Positions 40,163-55,100 of a DNA stretch of 64,000 nt are shown here, in pieces. Numbering within the stretch: the stretch's first letter is position 1; each line of letters begins with the position of its first letter. Both the position numbers and the translations under genes were made by a program. Location of the stretch: the IMG/VR virus record IMGVR_UViG_3300013121_000016, positions 39,170 to 103,169 of that record, one strand, 5' to 3'. This DNA comes from a virus (Duplodnaviria > Caudoviricetes). A model generated the notes under the pieces. It saw only the letters and a program-made list of their open reading frames with translations, was not told where the DNA came from and made no database searches.

Positions 40163-43100
40163 ATGCCAGATATTTCAAGTAAAAAAGTAGTTTCGCCTCT
40201 CGAAGGTTCAGTTAGACCTGACTATGGGGCTTTTCACAGATACGAACCACTAGGTTCTAAAGACACTGCACTCGGCAGATTTACAGGTAACTACTATGAC
40301 AGGGCATTCATTCCAGAATTCTCACAAGCAAATCAACGTTACTACAATCAAGACTGGTTAAACGCCACCGGCGATTTCTTTGCTGGCTTAGGTGTGAAGA
40401 CAGCCTCAGGCTTACCTAGCCTTGTAGGTGGGATTACCTCCTTAGCAGCTTCTCCCTTAGCCTTGAGAGACGATGTAGCCTTTCAGGATGTGTTCGAGAT
40501 GAACCCGTTGAATATGCTAGCCAGATCAATTTCGAAGACAGCAGACGAAGCATTCCCGACATTCCAACGAGAAGACTTCAACGATCTAAGATTGTTTGAT
40601 CAGATATTAAGACCAGGCGAAGCTTTTACATCCAATCTAGACACACTATCATTCCTTGCACAGTCTTTCCTTGGTGGCGGCTTGCTAGGTAAAATTGGTG
40701 CTGGTGCTAAATTAGCTGGCCGTCTGTCGGGTGCTGCTGCCGATGTCTCACCGGTGCTCACTCCACTAGTTGGACCTAACCTAGCTCGCACAGCTAAGAT
40801 CGCTGATTGGTTGATTTCTGATACAGTACTCACTACTAATGAAGCTGCAGCTGAAGGCAAAGACGCTGCAGAGCAGATCCGTAATCAATTACACAGTGAT
40901 CGTCTTGCCGGATTAAACTATTTCTCTGATGATGAAATAGAGAAGAAAGCAAACGATGCAGCCTATAATGTCTTCTGGACAAACTTTCTTACACTCTCCG
41001 TTACAAACGGAGCTTTTGTTAAATTACTTTCGCCGCTCTATAAGACTAAGGATGTTCTTACAAGAATGAATCCTTATGCTCTTAAGTTAGCTGAAAAAGG
41101 TTTAGCTGAAAAGCGTGTGTATACAGGGTTTGACAAGTGGCTATTTGACAAAGGTTACGGACCGGGAATGCTTACTAAGGAACTCCTTCTCCAACTTGGA
41201 ACGGAAGGTCTTGAAGAGGATCTACAATATTCTATCCAGAAAGTAAACAACGTAGACAATCTAAAATCTTCGTACTGGGAGTCTTTGAAAGAATACGGTA
41301 AGAACTTCCTTACGGAAGGTCTAGACTTCTCGGATAAAGATCGGGAGAAAGCAGTTGGACTTGGCGCTATTCTTGGTGCTGGGTCTGTAGGTGTCTCGGA
41401 AGCTTTAGGATTTGGTCCCCGCAAAGAAGCCAAGAATTACAGGGAAACCCGCGATGAACTCATTAAAAGCTTAAACGAAGGCTACACTAATCTAGTGAGT
41501 TCTTCAGTGGCTAAAAAGACTGAACCCATCAATGGACGGCTTTACGAGTCTGACGGTAAGTACTACCACGAGGTAAATGGTAAGGCCGAAGAGATTAACC
41601 AGACTGCGTTTGATTCACTTCAACAGCAGCTCCCACTAGACAATAAAGGTTCTTACACGATTCCTTCACGCTACGAGATAGATGTAGATGGTAATGTTGT
41701 CATTGACGAGGTTAAAGCTAAGGAGTTTGCAGCACAAGCTAAAGTTCAGGCTGAGCTCGATGACCTGATTGCCCAGGAGCTTTCTAAGGTTAATCCCGAT
41801 GAACTTAAACTGAAACTTTATCAAAGAGAGAAACTCAACGACTTAGCTAAGACTGCTTTTAAAGCTGGAGCAACCGACTTACTTCTTAATAAGATTGACT
41901 CCCTTCGTCGCATAGGTCCAGAGGGTTTGGCTGAACTTGGAATAACTGATGAGACTCAAGTAGAGAATGAGATTCAAGGAATGAAGGATCACATCTCAAG
42001 ATTTGAGGAGCTCTATAAAACAACGTACAACTCTACGATCATCGGCAGCACATCAGCTGAAGCAGCGCGTATTAATAAGGAACGCCAAGACATGATCCTC
42101 TCACTTGGTGGACGCATTATAGCACTTGATGATTTGGTTGCTAGCAACAGAATAAAGTACGATGAGAAACTTGCAGATACTTCCTACGATCAGGAAATCT
42201 TGAAGACTACGCTAGACAAACTGGCTAAGAAATCAATCGTATCTACAGAATTGCAAGACCTCTACGCCGAACGCAACCGTATCAATAGTCTTCTTCCCTA
42301 TGCCGTAGAGCGCGGAAAGCTCAAAGACATTAACGATAAGATTGATGGTAAGATCTCTGAGATCAAGACTTTAGAAACGGACTTGAAAGAAGCCGAGAAG
42401 TTTATTCCTCTCGCATCAGATTCTAAGATACAAGAGCTTGCAGCAATGCAGATCAATGAGGACTACATGACCAAGGCTCGTGAAGAGGCTGGTCGGGTTT
42501 TCAATAAGCTCATTGATCCACGTAAAGGCTACAAGAATTTTGCAGCTCATAAAACTGACAGATCTTTACTTACTCCTTACGAGCGTGCCAGACTCCCATT
42601 CTCTTTACATAAAGACGTGACGCGTAACGAGTATGAAGCTTATGAAGATCGTAAAACTAAACAGCTCGGTTACAACCAAACGCTCAAGGTTGCTCAACAT
42701 GAGCACTACTCCGAGTTAATAAATGAGTTCCTCAGGTGGGCAGCACGTGCCGACACAATTAACTTAGAAACCGCCGAGTCATTAAAAGCTTTGGTTGGAG
42801 AGATACTCGATAATAATCTTCGTGTGTATCCAGAAGAAGGTAACAAACTCATCGGATACATGCAACAGCAGGTAGCTCAGATCGAGGAAAATCTTAATCA
42901 GATTATAGACGAGGCTGAGAATATCGGTTTCGATATTGTTAACCTCCCTGCGCAGACCCCTGAAGAAGAAACTCTCCAAGAAGAGTTTGATAACCTCCAG
43001 CAAATACACACAGCGCTTGGATTTATAGCTGACGACATACAAGGGACCACAGATAGGCTTCGACAGTTATTTGACTACCAAGTCCCTGTTGCTTCTCAAG

Positions 43101-46100
43101 ACGAGCTGCGCACTAATGCTGCCGAAGAACTAGTTCAGAGCAGTGAGACACTCGTTAATATGGCCATCAAAGATGGAGAATTTAACGACGACTTTGACGA
43201 GTTAGATCGTGTCCTTCTTGAGGAGGAGCTTCTGGAAAAGTATGCCAAAGATGTCATCGAGCCTAAATCGTATGAAGAGCCAAGAGTATATGGTAAGCTT
43301 TCTTCAAGAATCAAAGACCTGCTTGCTTCTCTTAAAAGAATTAAAGAGCAGATCATAAAGAATCGCGCCGACAAGGAGCTTAAGGCACGTGAAGAGATTA
43401 TGATGCGCCTTGAAGGACTCAAGAATCTTGTGGGGCTAAACGACGATAACTCCCCTATAGTCCAAGACCTTGGCGAAGAGCTCACAGCAAAACTCCGGAT
43501 ACTGGCAGAACAACAACCACTTGACGCGTACTATGTTTTGATGGACGCAGTATCTGATCCTAAGATGCTTGCCGTGCTTTCAGAATTTAAGAGGGAAGTT
43601 AAAGACACTATTAGTAGTCTAGCCATATGAGGAACGGACTCTCCAATGGCTGTGCGTCTAAGTGAAGCTGAGCTTGAAACCTTTGTGACCAATCCCGTAC
43701 GCGGTCTTCAAATCTTGTTACGCGCCATTCACATTAATGAGAACCAGATAGGTGCAACGAATCAGGACGTACTTACGGCCTATCTTCGTGATTACGATAT
43801 CGTAAATCTCAAGAAGAGACTTAATGGTTATTCTGGAACCTTGACAACTCCTGCGCAGATAGAGAACATCATTAAGCTCTACATGAAAGCGCTAGCTTAT
43901 CAAGATATGACTTTAAGTCGCTCGAATGAGAGTTATCGTAAACTTGTGAATACGTATCTAGCTTTTGTAAAGAAAAGTCAGGAAGACAAGAAGAACAATC
44001 TTCCAGCAGTTCCGCCCCCGAGCGAAACACAGATGAAAGCTGTGTCCGAGCTCGCTAGATTTTTAATGTCTCCGATAAATGAAAGGCATTATGTATTCGA
44101 TAATGTTGCTGCTATCAAGGCTCCAGCAGGAGCAGGTAAAACCACTGTCGTATTTAGACTACTTAAGGAAGTCCTCGGTTATGGGCCAGATACTATCATG
44201 AGTGGTTCCACGACACAGGCCTCGGCACAGTTAATTGCCGAACAAGTCTCTTCCACCTACGGCGCTAATGAAGCCACTAAGATCACAGAGTTACTAGAGG
44301 AAGGTAAGTTACCGCCTGCCGTTAGGTTGCTTGTACTAGATGAAATTGGTGCTCTAGGCGTACGCGAAATGCAGCGCTTAGCCGCGGCCATTGTATCTCA
44401 TAACCTGTCTAAACCTAAGCAGCAGATTAAGGTGCTGTTCATGTACGACTCTAACCAGCTAACTGCTGGCAATCGTGGGGATGCAGTTATCGACATCAAT
44501 CCTTTCTATGAAGTACCTGAGAATATCACAGAGTACCACAATGGGGACGAAGTATCTAAGCGCAAGTACAAACAAGGACTACATACAGTAAACGGGCAGT
44601 ACGATCCGCGTTTTGCAAGTGGCGTAAACTTTCCGCACCATATCTTTGATGTGTCTCCTCTTATTGCTACCTACCGTTCTCCGCTCTCTGAGATCATAGA
44701 TGCACAAAATGCGTTTAAGTCGACACAGGTAGTTGAGTCTATTCAGACTGCAGCAAACGTGGACACTACTGGATCCATGGTAGGAGCTATGGGTACAATG
44801 GCATCTAAGACAAACGGCCAGCTTCTTACAAAGCTTGTAAGTTCTTACAACTCTAACCCTGGTAGAACTAGAATGGTCGTAGTGGGAACAGATGAGAAGA
44901 AGGCTAGATACATGACTGATTTAGCAACCGCCGGAGCTGCGGATGTGCAAGTCTTAACTGCGGCAGAATGCAGAGGCTTAAAGGCGCAGGAAGTGTACGT
45001 AGATATTGAGAACACAGATTCACATTATTACTCAGAACCAGTTGCTTACAACCAGGCGATGTATACGGCAACTTCAAGGGCCGAAACATTCTTGTACATA
45101 AGTGGAATAGCTAGTAGTCGTCATACAGTCGATGCTTCGCTTCCGACCAAAGTAAATGAAGTTCTTAAGAGTAAAGATATTAAGTACGATACAGTTATCG
45201 ACGCTCTCACACAGCGCTCAAAAGCTTTTGAGATCTTGGGAGCCGAAGAACCTGTCACTCCTCCGAAGCCACAAGAGCCGCAGGCTCCACCAGTAACACC
45301 TGAGGAAGCTCCTGAGATTCTTAACGGCGGAACTCCTATTGAAGAGGATGAGCCCCCTATTGAAGAGTCGCCAGCTCCGCCCGTAGGCGGAGACGCCCCA
45401 CTCCTTGACCCGACAAGTTCCAATTGGCATAAAATATCCGCCCCGCAATCTGAAGCGTTTAATGACGCTCGCCTCGGTAGCATTAGACCAGAAGAAAAGG
45501 TATTCTACGCAAGGGAGGTGGATAATGGAATGTCTCGTATACGTGTCTTTGTCGCAGGTCCAACAGAAGGAACTTTCAGACAGATAGGTATTCTCATGGA
45601 TCACGAAGTTGGCTCAGTGTCTAAAGTTCTCGGCGCAGACTTAACGGCCTTACCGCCGACAAAGTTCTCGCCTGACCTTCTTAATGATACTACTGGTAGA
45701 AATATATTCAGAGCAATTGGTCCACAGCCTGTCAACATTGCCGACGCGAGAGTGTCGAGTGCGTCCACCGATATAGAGTACAAGTATGATTCCCCATTAC
45801 CGACCTTTACATTCAAAGGCACACCTGATGATCCTAACGGCTTAAAAGAGATCGCCAAGTATATGACTGACGCTCTGTTTGGAACGCAAGCAGGTCAGAT
45901 TGTGAACTTAGATGATTTCAATTCTCGCCCAGAGGAATTTATGCGTTTAATTGTTTACGAAAACGAAGCTGACAGAAATGCAGACTTCCCTAACGTAATA
46001 AACAAGCCACGTCTAAATATCCCATACCTTATAGTCCACGGACTTAAGACGAATAAGGGTAAGACAATGGCTCGCCAGTTTATTCAGCTTAACGCTACTG

Positions 46101-49100
46101 TACTTGATAGCAACACAGAAGCCGCCGATAGACTTAACTTAAAAGCGATGCAAGAGTTAAGTTTTGTCTTAGGTGCAATGGATGATTTACTCCGAACACT
46201 CAACTTACCGGCTAGTTATAACAAGATTAGGATGGGAGAAGCCATCGTGACAGGTAACGACATCTTTTACCCCTACCATGCTTTTATTGTAGAGCTATCA
46301 AATATATATCGCAAGCAACGCGCTGGAGAGAATCCCACCACACTCGAGATGGTGCGCCAGAAGAACTCTGCGATCTACCAATTGTTACCGGATATTCCCG
46401 TTAGTTCTCTACCAAAGGAACTACTCGAAGTCGCATATAAGATCGACGTCTATATGCACGGCAATGCTATAGGATCACCTAAAGAAAAATCACGCCGTAC
46501 TTATTCAGGTCCTGCACAACAGGCGTTCTCCAGAATCGCGAAGCAGAACTTAATCATCACACTTCCGGACGGCACTAATAAAATCTTACGCGACTTCTAC
46601 GCAACAGAAGATCGTTCCGGTAGAGATATTGAAGTATCTACGGGTGCGTCTATTTTAGGACCTATTAAGTTTGTTAGAGATGGAGGGCGCTCCTATAACC
46701 CTTCTTTGAAAGCGTCGTTGGTTAGACGTCTTAAAGACTACAAAGATTCACTTGAAAGGAGAGGACATACTAACTCTCCACGTTACGAGTTAGTTGACAA
46801 GCTTGTTCAGCAGCCTGAATACAGCCACATCAAACCGTTTACGTTACCACAATTCATGTCGTTCATTGGCGCTAAAGATGCGTCAGGAAAGTATACTGGG
46901 ATTTCCGAAGGGTTTGGATTAAGGATGCCGTTGCCTAAAACTGCTAATAATAAATTCTACCTCACGAACAATATTAATGACATTAAACTTTCAGACTACG
47001 TTGAAACTAATCTCACACAGATCAACCCAACAAGAATAATAATTGAAGTCAGAGAAGGTGGGTTAGTTAAGACTGAAGAAGGTCAAGCATTTGCTGCAGC
47101 GATATCTGCACCAGTTCAAATCGGGCAGTTCATTCGACAGAGCACTGCAGATTCGATGGTATTGGCTAAAGAGATTTTAGATAAGTTCAGTGAAGACGCA
47201 GTCGAAGCCTTCATTGATAGGATGACTGGTGAGGGCACGACTGGTTTCATGCCGCTGGCAAGAGCCATTGAGGAGTACAGAGAGAATGCCAAAGAACAGA
47301 TTGGGTACGAGCAAAAGTCACACTCGATCTTTACAGCCATTCAGTCTTTGCGCCGCTCTCAAACTAGCACCTCTATGGTTGATCGCGCTCTCACTGCCAT
47401 TAAGCAATCTCATGCGGTTGTTGATGTGGGCAAAAATCAAGGTAATTATGCTGCCAGAGACTTCATTCGTGCAGCGATCTACATGGAGCTCCTACCTAAC
47501 TTAGACAAGAAAGATATCTACGATCTCTTAGACTTCGCAAGATCATACTATAGAGACAAAGCTGGAATTGCACACCAACTTGATCTTAGTTATCTGCTTA
47601 GTGCTTATGGTCCAGTGGACGCCGCTAAACACGCAGAGGCCGTCTTCTACGCTTACATGGAAGCTTTCGATCAGCTGGGTGTAAGACTAGAACCAATGCT
47701 CGTAAATAAGTCGCAAGAGTTTCTAGACATCCTTACTCACGTAGAAACCCTTGTTAAAGCGTCAACCACATATCGTGAGTCTGAACGTTCAGGCGCGGCT
47801 CCCATAGACGTAAGTGCACAATTTAGATCGTGGCTTTCTGCTATGAACTCCGCATCCAAGATGGAAAGCACTGATGCTTTAGAAATGCTCGTAGAAGATC
47901 CCACGACAGCGCATCACGTTAAACAGTTCAACGATTTTGTAGGGGATAAAGAATTTAACTGGGCAAATCTGACTGCGAATCTTGCTAAGGTAAATGCACT
48001 TTTGGACATAGAGCGCTCGATGATTTTAATTACTGAGGAAGACAATATAGGTGAGTTAATCACGGAAGATGAGGCCTCAGATTTAGCTTACCAGTTTAAT
48101 CCGCCGAACTTAGTTCAACAGCTAAAGGCTTTATTCACCGGACAGATAGATCATCCTCAAGCTCTCCGCTTTGTAGATTGGAATTTACGTCAAAAGCAAT
48201 TAGGTGATAAACTCTGGGGACAATACAAGAATGGAATTACTAGCATGGTTAAACATGCGTCAGGCAAGGTTGGTACTCGAGTGGTACGACACGAATTGTT
48301 TCACAAGATCTTCTGGGAGTTTATGACGCCCGAAGAAAGGTTCCGTGCGCTAGATTTAGCACAAGCGCAGTGGGGTCCTGCAGATGCTGTTAAACAAGAA
48401 GAGAGGCTCGCTGAAGCATTCTCTGATTTCCAAAGACCAGACCCCTCGTGGCTTATGTCTCTTTGGGAGATGCTGAGAAACCTATGGAGGCTAATAGGCT
48501 TTACTTACAATAACATGTCTTCTATTGACGACCTATTCAAGTCTATCGAGGCTGGTTACTATAAAGGTAAAGGTAAGCCTGCTAATGTTGAACGCTCTAT
48601 GCTTTACATAGGTACGCAGTTTGATTCTGTCGATCACTTTACATTTGCCAAGCAAGCACTTTTTGAAGCATTTAACAAGCTGTTCTATGAGAGAAATCTA
48701 GATACTAGAGTCCTGTCTTATGAGGAAGCTGTTAATGGTGCTTTCGAAATGCTCAACAACTACACTTACAGTGGGGTTGCGGCTTCAGATATTGAGTTTC
48801 AAAAAAGCGCAATCGATTCCCTTACAAAGAACGAGAAAGTCAAGCGTGCTTTTATTGAGTACTACTTTGGTGCTTCTAATGTAGCTGATGCTCAACGGGT
48901 AGCGCGATATAAAGAAAAAGGTGCTGAACTCGAAACACTCCGCTCAGAGATCGAACGTCTTACAGAGATCATGGAGACTGATCCAGAGAGTTTTACTGTA
49001 GATGATGAGGAAGCTTTGATTGATGCTGAAACACAAGAGGCTAATATTGCTGATTACATCTTTGATTCTGAACTTCAGGACCCTGAGGATTCTGTAACAG

Positions 49101-52100
49101 GGCGTGTTAAGCAGCGCTTTGTCGGTATTAAGTACGATAAAGGTGATCGTAAAGAGTACGCAGATTTTGGCTCTGTCTACAATCTTGTCATTAACGTCTT
49201 TAAACAAATACCTGTTGACTCACTCGATAATTTACTTAGCGGGCTTCTGCAAAGACTTCGTCCTTTCTCCGGTAACCGCATGTATAAGACCGTTCGCACG
49301 GCTACTGGTCAACATCTGTTAAAGATCATTCAGAACATCTACGACGATTACAAAGGGCTGAACGAAAAGTATAACCCTACTCGGCAAGTTTCTTTTAGAA
49401 AGGACGTGAACGTACCTCTCTTGTACGCCATTACGTCTGACGATGAAAGTAGTCAAGATGTTTCTTATGAGTTAGCTAAAGCAAATCCAACCAAGTATAA
49501 GATATTTGAACTTACTACAGAAGATAGCTTCCAAGATCTACTCGACAGAATACATGCGGAAACGGGCATTGAAAAGCAAGTTCTTGCGAAGACTTACTAC
49601 CACTTCGAAGACATTAACTTCTTACGCGCACTTATAACGGCCGCCGGCTCTTTAAGAGAGGCCAAACCCTTTGTAGGAGTACAAGAGTGGTACTACGGAC
49701 AATACAAGACTAGGTACATCGCTAACCGGGCTTCATCTACTACGCAGGTGGTTGAATCGCGTTTAACGTCTTCTTTTATAGCCTACGCACTTAAGCGTGA
49801 GAATACACTCTTTACTAAAGAGTTTATTGAGGAGACGCGCGCAGCTAACACCATTGATGCTAAAAAAGCAGTAATTAACAAGTTCATTTCTTTAATAGAA
49901 CTCTCGGGACTTGGTAGAGCGCTTAAGGAATCTCCAGACGAACTGATAGAAGAAATACACGATTCGATGAAGTTTGCGATCCCGCAAATGCAAGAGAACT
50001 TTCTTAAGTATCACATTGATACTAGTGAAAGTGATGAGACGTACATGTCTCTATATGACATTATTGCTGACCAAGGTTCGTTCATTTCGGCACTCATCCA
50101 ATCACTTAGCAACTCATCTTCTCTTATTGAGAACGCCTCTTATATCCGAGGTGATGGCAAGAAGTCTTTCCTCTTTCAGGATGCGTCCTGACAATCATCT
50201 TTACTTGCCACTCTTGCACCTGGTGTAGGCCGGCAAGTACACGAACACATGGAGATACTGCCACACGGGAAAGTCCTTGCTAATGATCCATTCTCGAAGC
50301 TTAATATCTTCCACATGGATTCTAAGACGCCCTCGACTATCCAAGGCTACTATGACCATGATTCACTTAAGACTAGGAACAAGGATGAGTTTGCACTTTA
50401 CTTGCGTAAAGAGAAGACCAAGGATTATCACCGGCGTAACTTTATGCACGGTTTCTTAGATACTCTTTATTCTTCGAGTGGCCGTGGGTATGTGCAATTT
50501 CTCCCGAATCCTTCTAACCGTCGTTCTATCCAAGGTGTAAAGGTGACAGCTTTAAACATGCAAAACTTACATCAGGCGGTTAAGCAGATCCTTAATGCTC
50601 AGCGCCGACGGCCAGATCCCTCAAAGGATACGCGTTTCGCTAACGTCGCTAACTACAGCAAGAACTGGCAAAAGTTCAAGTTCCCAGGCCTTACTGGCAT
50701 CAAGACAACTACCAACTTAACAGAGGGAGAACTTCTCAAAAAGGTACTCCAACACAACAAGGAAAAGGTCGCTAAGCTTCTTGATCAATTCCTTACTGGC
50801 AGTAAGAAGACTGAGGTCAAGATTGACTTTAGGAAAATGGAGTACGCAATGTCCATTTTCGATATTAGAGTTGAAGGTTATGTACCAAACTATCTTTACG
50901 TTAAACAATTAAGAGCTGCGCGGAAGGAAGGTAAGGATGTATCCGCCATGGAAACGCTGCGAGAAAAGCAAGTACGAGAAGCTCTTCGCCAAGTACTCGA
51001 AATCTTTTACCTTAACCATTCGGTTAACCAGTACTCGCTCTCACAATTGCTTTATGGTGACGAGGCTTTCTTTGCTTCCAAAGAAGACCAAACCAAACGG
51101 ATTCAGGTAGTGACTGCTACCGGTAAAATTCTTTTGGTTGATGAAAAGTACGGACTTCCGCCGGCATCAAGAATTGGGGTCCTTGCGGACCATGTGATGG
51201 AAGTTCCGTCCGACTTAGAATTTGTTCGTAACGATACTATAGGCGAGACATTTAAACCAACAGATGCTGAGGGTTTTATGACTCCTGAGTTCTACGCCAA
51301 AGTAGCAGCCACCGCAGGTATTGAATCACAGACAGACATAGTGATGAAACCTGTATACTACGCTATTAAAGACGGAATACCCGTTGCTATCAAATACTCT
51401 GTCAAAGTTCTTACTGATGCGCTTGTTTCTAAGTTCCCTCACCTTGGAGCTCTCCGAGAGATGATGCGAGCTAATAAACTTGACCAAGCTGTCTTCAAGT
51501 CTGCTGTTAAGGTAGGGACACCAGGCAAACTCATACAAACTAATCAGTACGGTCTAGTCGACAATGACTCTGTAGTACCTGAATCTATCATCGAGATTGA
51601 TAACAGATACTTGAGATTTCAGCTGAATCCAGCTAAAGAAGTGGAGGTGACTACACTCAATCCTTCTCAAGGAACATCAGTCATTAATACTAATGGCAAG
51701 AACGAAGCAGAGACACACGATCTTTATGAGCTTAACTCTCTAGTGATCGAGATTGGTCTGCGGAAGCTCACTCGCCAACTTAGACTGACGAGAAAAGGTG
51801 GACTGACACGTCGTTCACTTGCTGAGATTCGTAAGTCTTTGATCGAAAATGCTGAAGCAATTCCAGGCAACCGAGATTTATACTACTTACTTACGCACAA
51901 AGATACTAACGGTAAGTACGACGTATCTCTCTCACTTCCACTGATTGCGTCTAAAGTCATCGCTAATCTTTCCTCAGTGTTTTCTAAAGGCACTACCGCA
52001 TTCCGGTTCAAAGGTTCCAAGCTGGTTCTGCAGGCTGATTTTGCTACACAGGATTTCGTGAATGACCGTGGCGAAGTTATGCATGAGCCTCTTAAGTTTA

Positions 52101-55100
52101 AAGATGCAGAAGGTTACACCGAAGTTTATGTGCCAGCACATTACCGCCAGTTCTTAAGAGAAGGCGATAAGTTTGTGCTTGGTGGAAAAGATGGTATAGT
52201 TGCTTTCCGTATTCCGTCCTCTAACTACCACTCGTTACTAGCTCTTAAAGTCAAAGGATTCTACCCAGCACCGCAGTCTTCTGACTCAAACATTATCATC
52301 GCTCCGGGCCCTATAGTATACTACCATGGTTCTGATAACGACGTAGATACGCTTTTCATTATTCGCAAGAGCGCCTGGAATAAAGATGAAGATCTTAACG
52401 GGGTCGTAAATAAATACTTACCCACTCCAGAAACTGAAGCCTTAGTCTTTAGTCCTGACAAAATGGTGGGATTTACTGATGATAAGCCTGACACCATTGC
52501 CGGCCAACCTCTGCATTACTATTTAGAAAGAGCTCTCATCAAGATGGCACAGCTTTCCGAAGACATTCGCAAGCGTTTGGATCAAAGAAATCTACCACAC
52601 GAGAAAGCCCTCTCCCTACAGGGGGAACTAAAACTTCTTGATAAAGAGATAGCTCTGGTATCAGATATAGCAATGATGTCTGCCAAGAACGCAATTATTC
52701 ATTTGTTTTCTACAAACTTAAGAGATCCTAAGAATCGTCCTGACCTCTTAACACCTATTACCTTCAACGCAGTTTCCAGTTTAAAGTCAGAGACAGGGAA
52801 TACAGAAGGCCCTGATTCGCTTATGGAAACGTGGGCTAAACTGGAAGCTAAACGCAGAGGTGAAGAGGTCTCAGAGTTTCCTTCACAAGAAGAAATTGAT
52901 GAGCTACTCTACCCTGAAGGCGAACTTTCAGACTACGACGTACAAGAACAAATTAAGTCTAATACGGATGCTGGTGGCGCAATGGTAGGTATTGCAGCTA
53001 ACACTCTCAAGATGACTGCCTACTCATTCTCTAGTGAACCGATCTCCAGCATCAGAAATGTAAAGACTGGCGAAGTCTTGGGTACCAGAATGCGCGAGAA
53101 AGAATTCCAAACCTTACTCGAGGAGAATCAAGTTACCACCGTAGAGCAGCTCTTAAGAGTAAATCCTGATTGGAAAGTAGAAACTCGCAGTGCCCCTTAC
53201 CTTAAAGCCCCCTACCAGATTAAGTATGACAATAAGGTGCTCGACAAGTTCCGACGTACAGCAATAGACTTTAACAGTACGACTGAAGATGACACCTTAT
53301 CCTATGGTGGTTACCCAGTAAACATCTTCGAGGTTTATGATACTATTGAGAACCTTGCTATTGACAACGTAAAAGAACAAAAGCTCTTTATTCTCGGTCT
53401 TACGAATGCCAATGCCAATGCATTTCTTTGTGCCATTGCTTACGGTCTTCCGCTGATAGACGTATCGAGAATATTCAAGACTCCACTTCTAAAGGAACTC
53501 TCCCTTGGTCGTAGGCTTGAAAAAGCTCAGTTATTCGTAATGGCAAATGACATCCTTGCAAAGCTCGCCACTCGCTATGAGAACGGAGAAGTAGAGGCAA
53601 TAACGAAAGGCATCGAAGCCTTTACAGATGAACATAGGGCCCAGCGTATAACTAACGCAATCTCTCATGACATCCGTAGAGGTACACCGGTAGCCGAAGC
53701 TATTAAAGAAGTAGTATTATCTAAGCTCTACCTTTCTTCTAAGGTTCTTGATGACATATACGTAGGTGAGGCATCGGAAATAACTAAGGAAATCTCTGAC
53801 GCATTAGCGCTTAACTTTGCTGCTCGTCTACTTGGTGTAGGAGAACAAATGTTTAAGCATGCACAAACAGCCGGGATGCTTAAGCGTTACCCTAACGCTA
53901 AGTGGCGAATGGATCAGGTGAATGAGAACATTCACTCGCTTGTTAAGTTCGCAGGAGAAGATAGCATGCGGCGACAAATCTTTAATGAGCACCGTAGTAC
54001 AGTCAGACAGTATCTAGTTGACACTTCACCTGAATACAAAGAATTGATGGTAAAAGATCCATTTCTTGCAGAGAGCTTTATTTCAACCAAGCTGAGCCAG
54101 TTAGAGGAATCGCCAGTCTATTCTGCACTACCCGACAAGCTGGCCAAGGCTTCGTTTGTTAATAGACTACTGCGCAGAAGTGTGTCAAGAGATATGATTA
54201 CCACAGATGCTAACGTATTCAAATCTAATAATCTATTACTTTTGCCTCACTTATACTCGGCATGGCGTGGGCTAGTGCAATTGATAAACTTAATTGAAAA
54301 TGTCTTCCCAATGCACAATCCTAATGTTAAGGAGTTTGCTAAAGACATCCTAGACAGCACTGGAATGTATATTCTACCTTATCTGGAGAAAAAGAAGCTT
54401 GAAGGCGTACAGAAAGAATTTATTAACTTCCTTGCCTCCAACATGTCTATCGACATTGGCTCAGAAGAGGTTAACTTAAGTGTCCCGGCAGAAGAGACGT
54501 ACAACTCTTCGTTAGGTGCTTACTCTGGCGAGGAGGCTTGGTGCCAGAAGTTTATTGACAAGTTTGTCAAGCTTCAAGAAACTTACCCAGATAACTCTCT
54601 TTTGCAATCAGTAGAAGTATCGACCGATAGAAATAGCACACTCAAAAAATTAGTCCTCACTTCTGATAAAGTGTCTAATGAAGAAACCGTTGAACGTCTT
54701 CGTCAAGACTACAGAGATTTACTACATACGCCAGAGAGAAACGTAGCCAGGGATTTATTTAAGTACTCTCTTTTGACTAAGGGAATGTTCTTTGATAGAA
54801 CTTCTTTCTCGCTCATATTTCCATTTGAGTGGGCTGCGGCTTACGCGAAGGCTTTGGACGTACGGCTTCAATCAGTAATCAGCACAGACTCGCCAGCAAG
54901 AACCAAGCTGTCTTTAATTGCTGTGCGCAATCAGTTCCTTTTCCAGTTTGTAAGGAATAACTCTAACGCGCTTTCTTACGTGCAGTTTAAGCCGATAACA
55001 CAGAAGTATGCCAAGGACAGTAAAGGGTTTGATCAAGAGATATACAGAGGAAAAGAGATATTGAATGGTGCTCCAATTTACTTCGATCTTAAATACGAGC

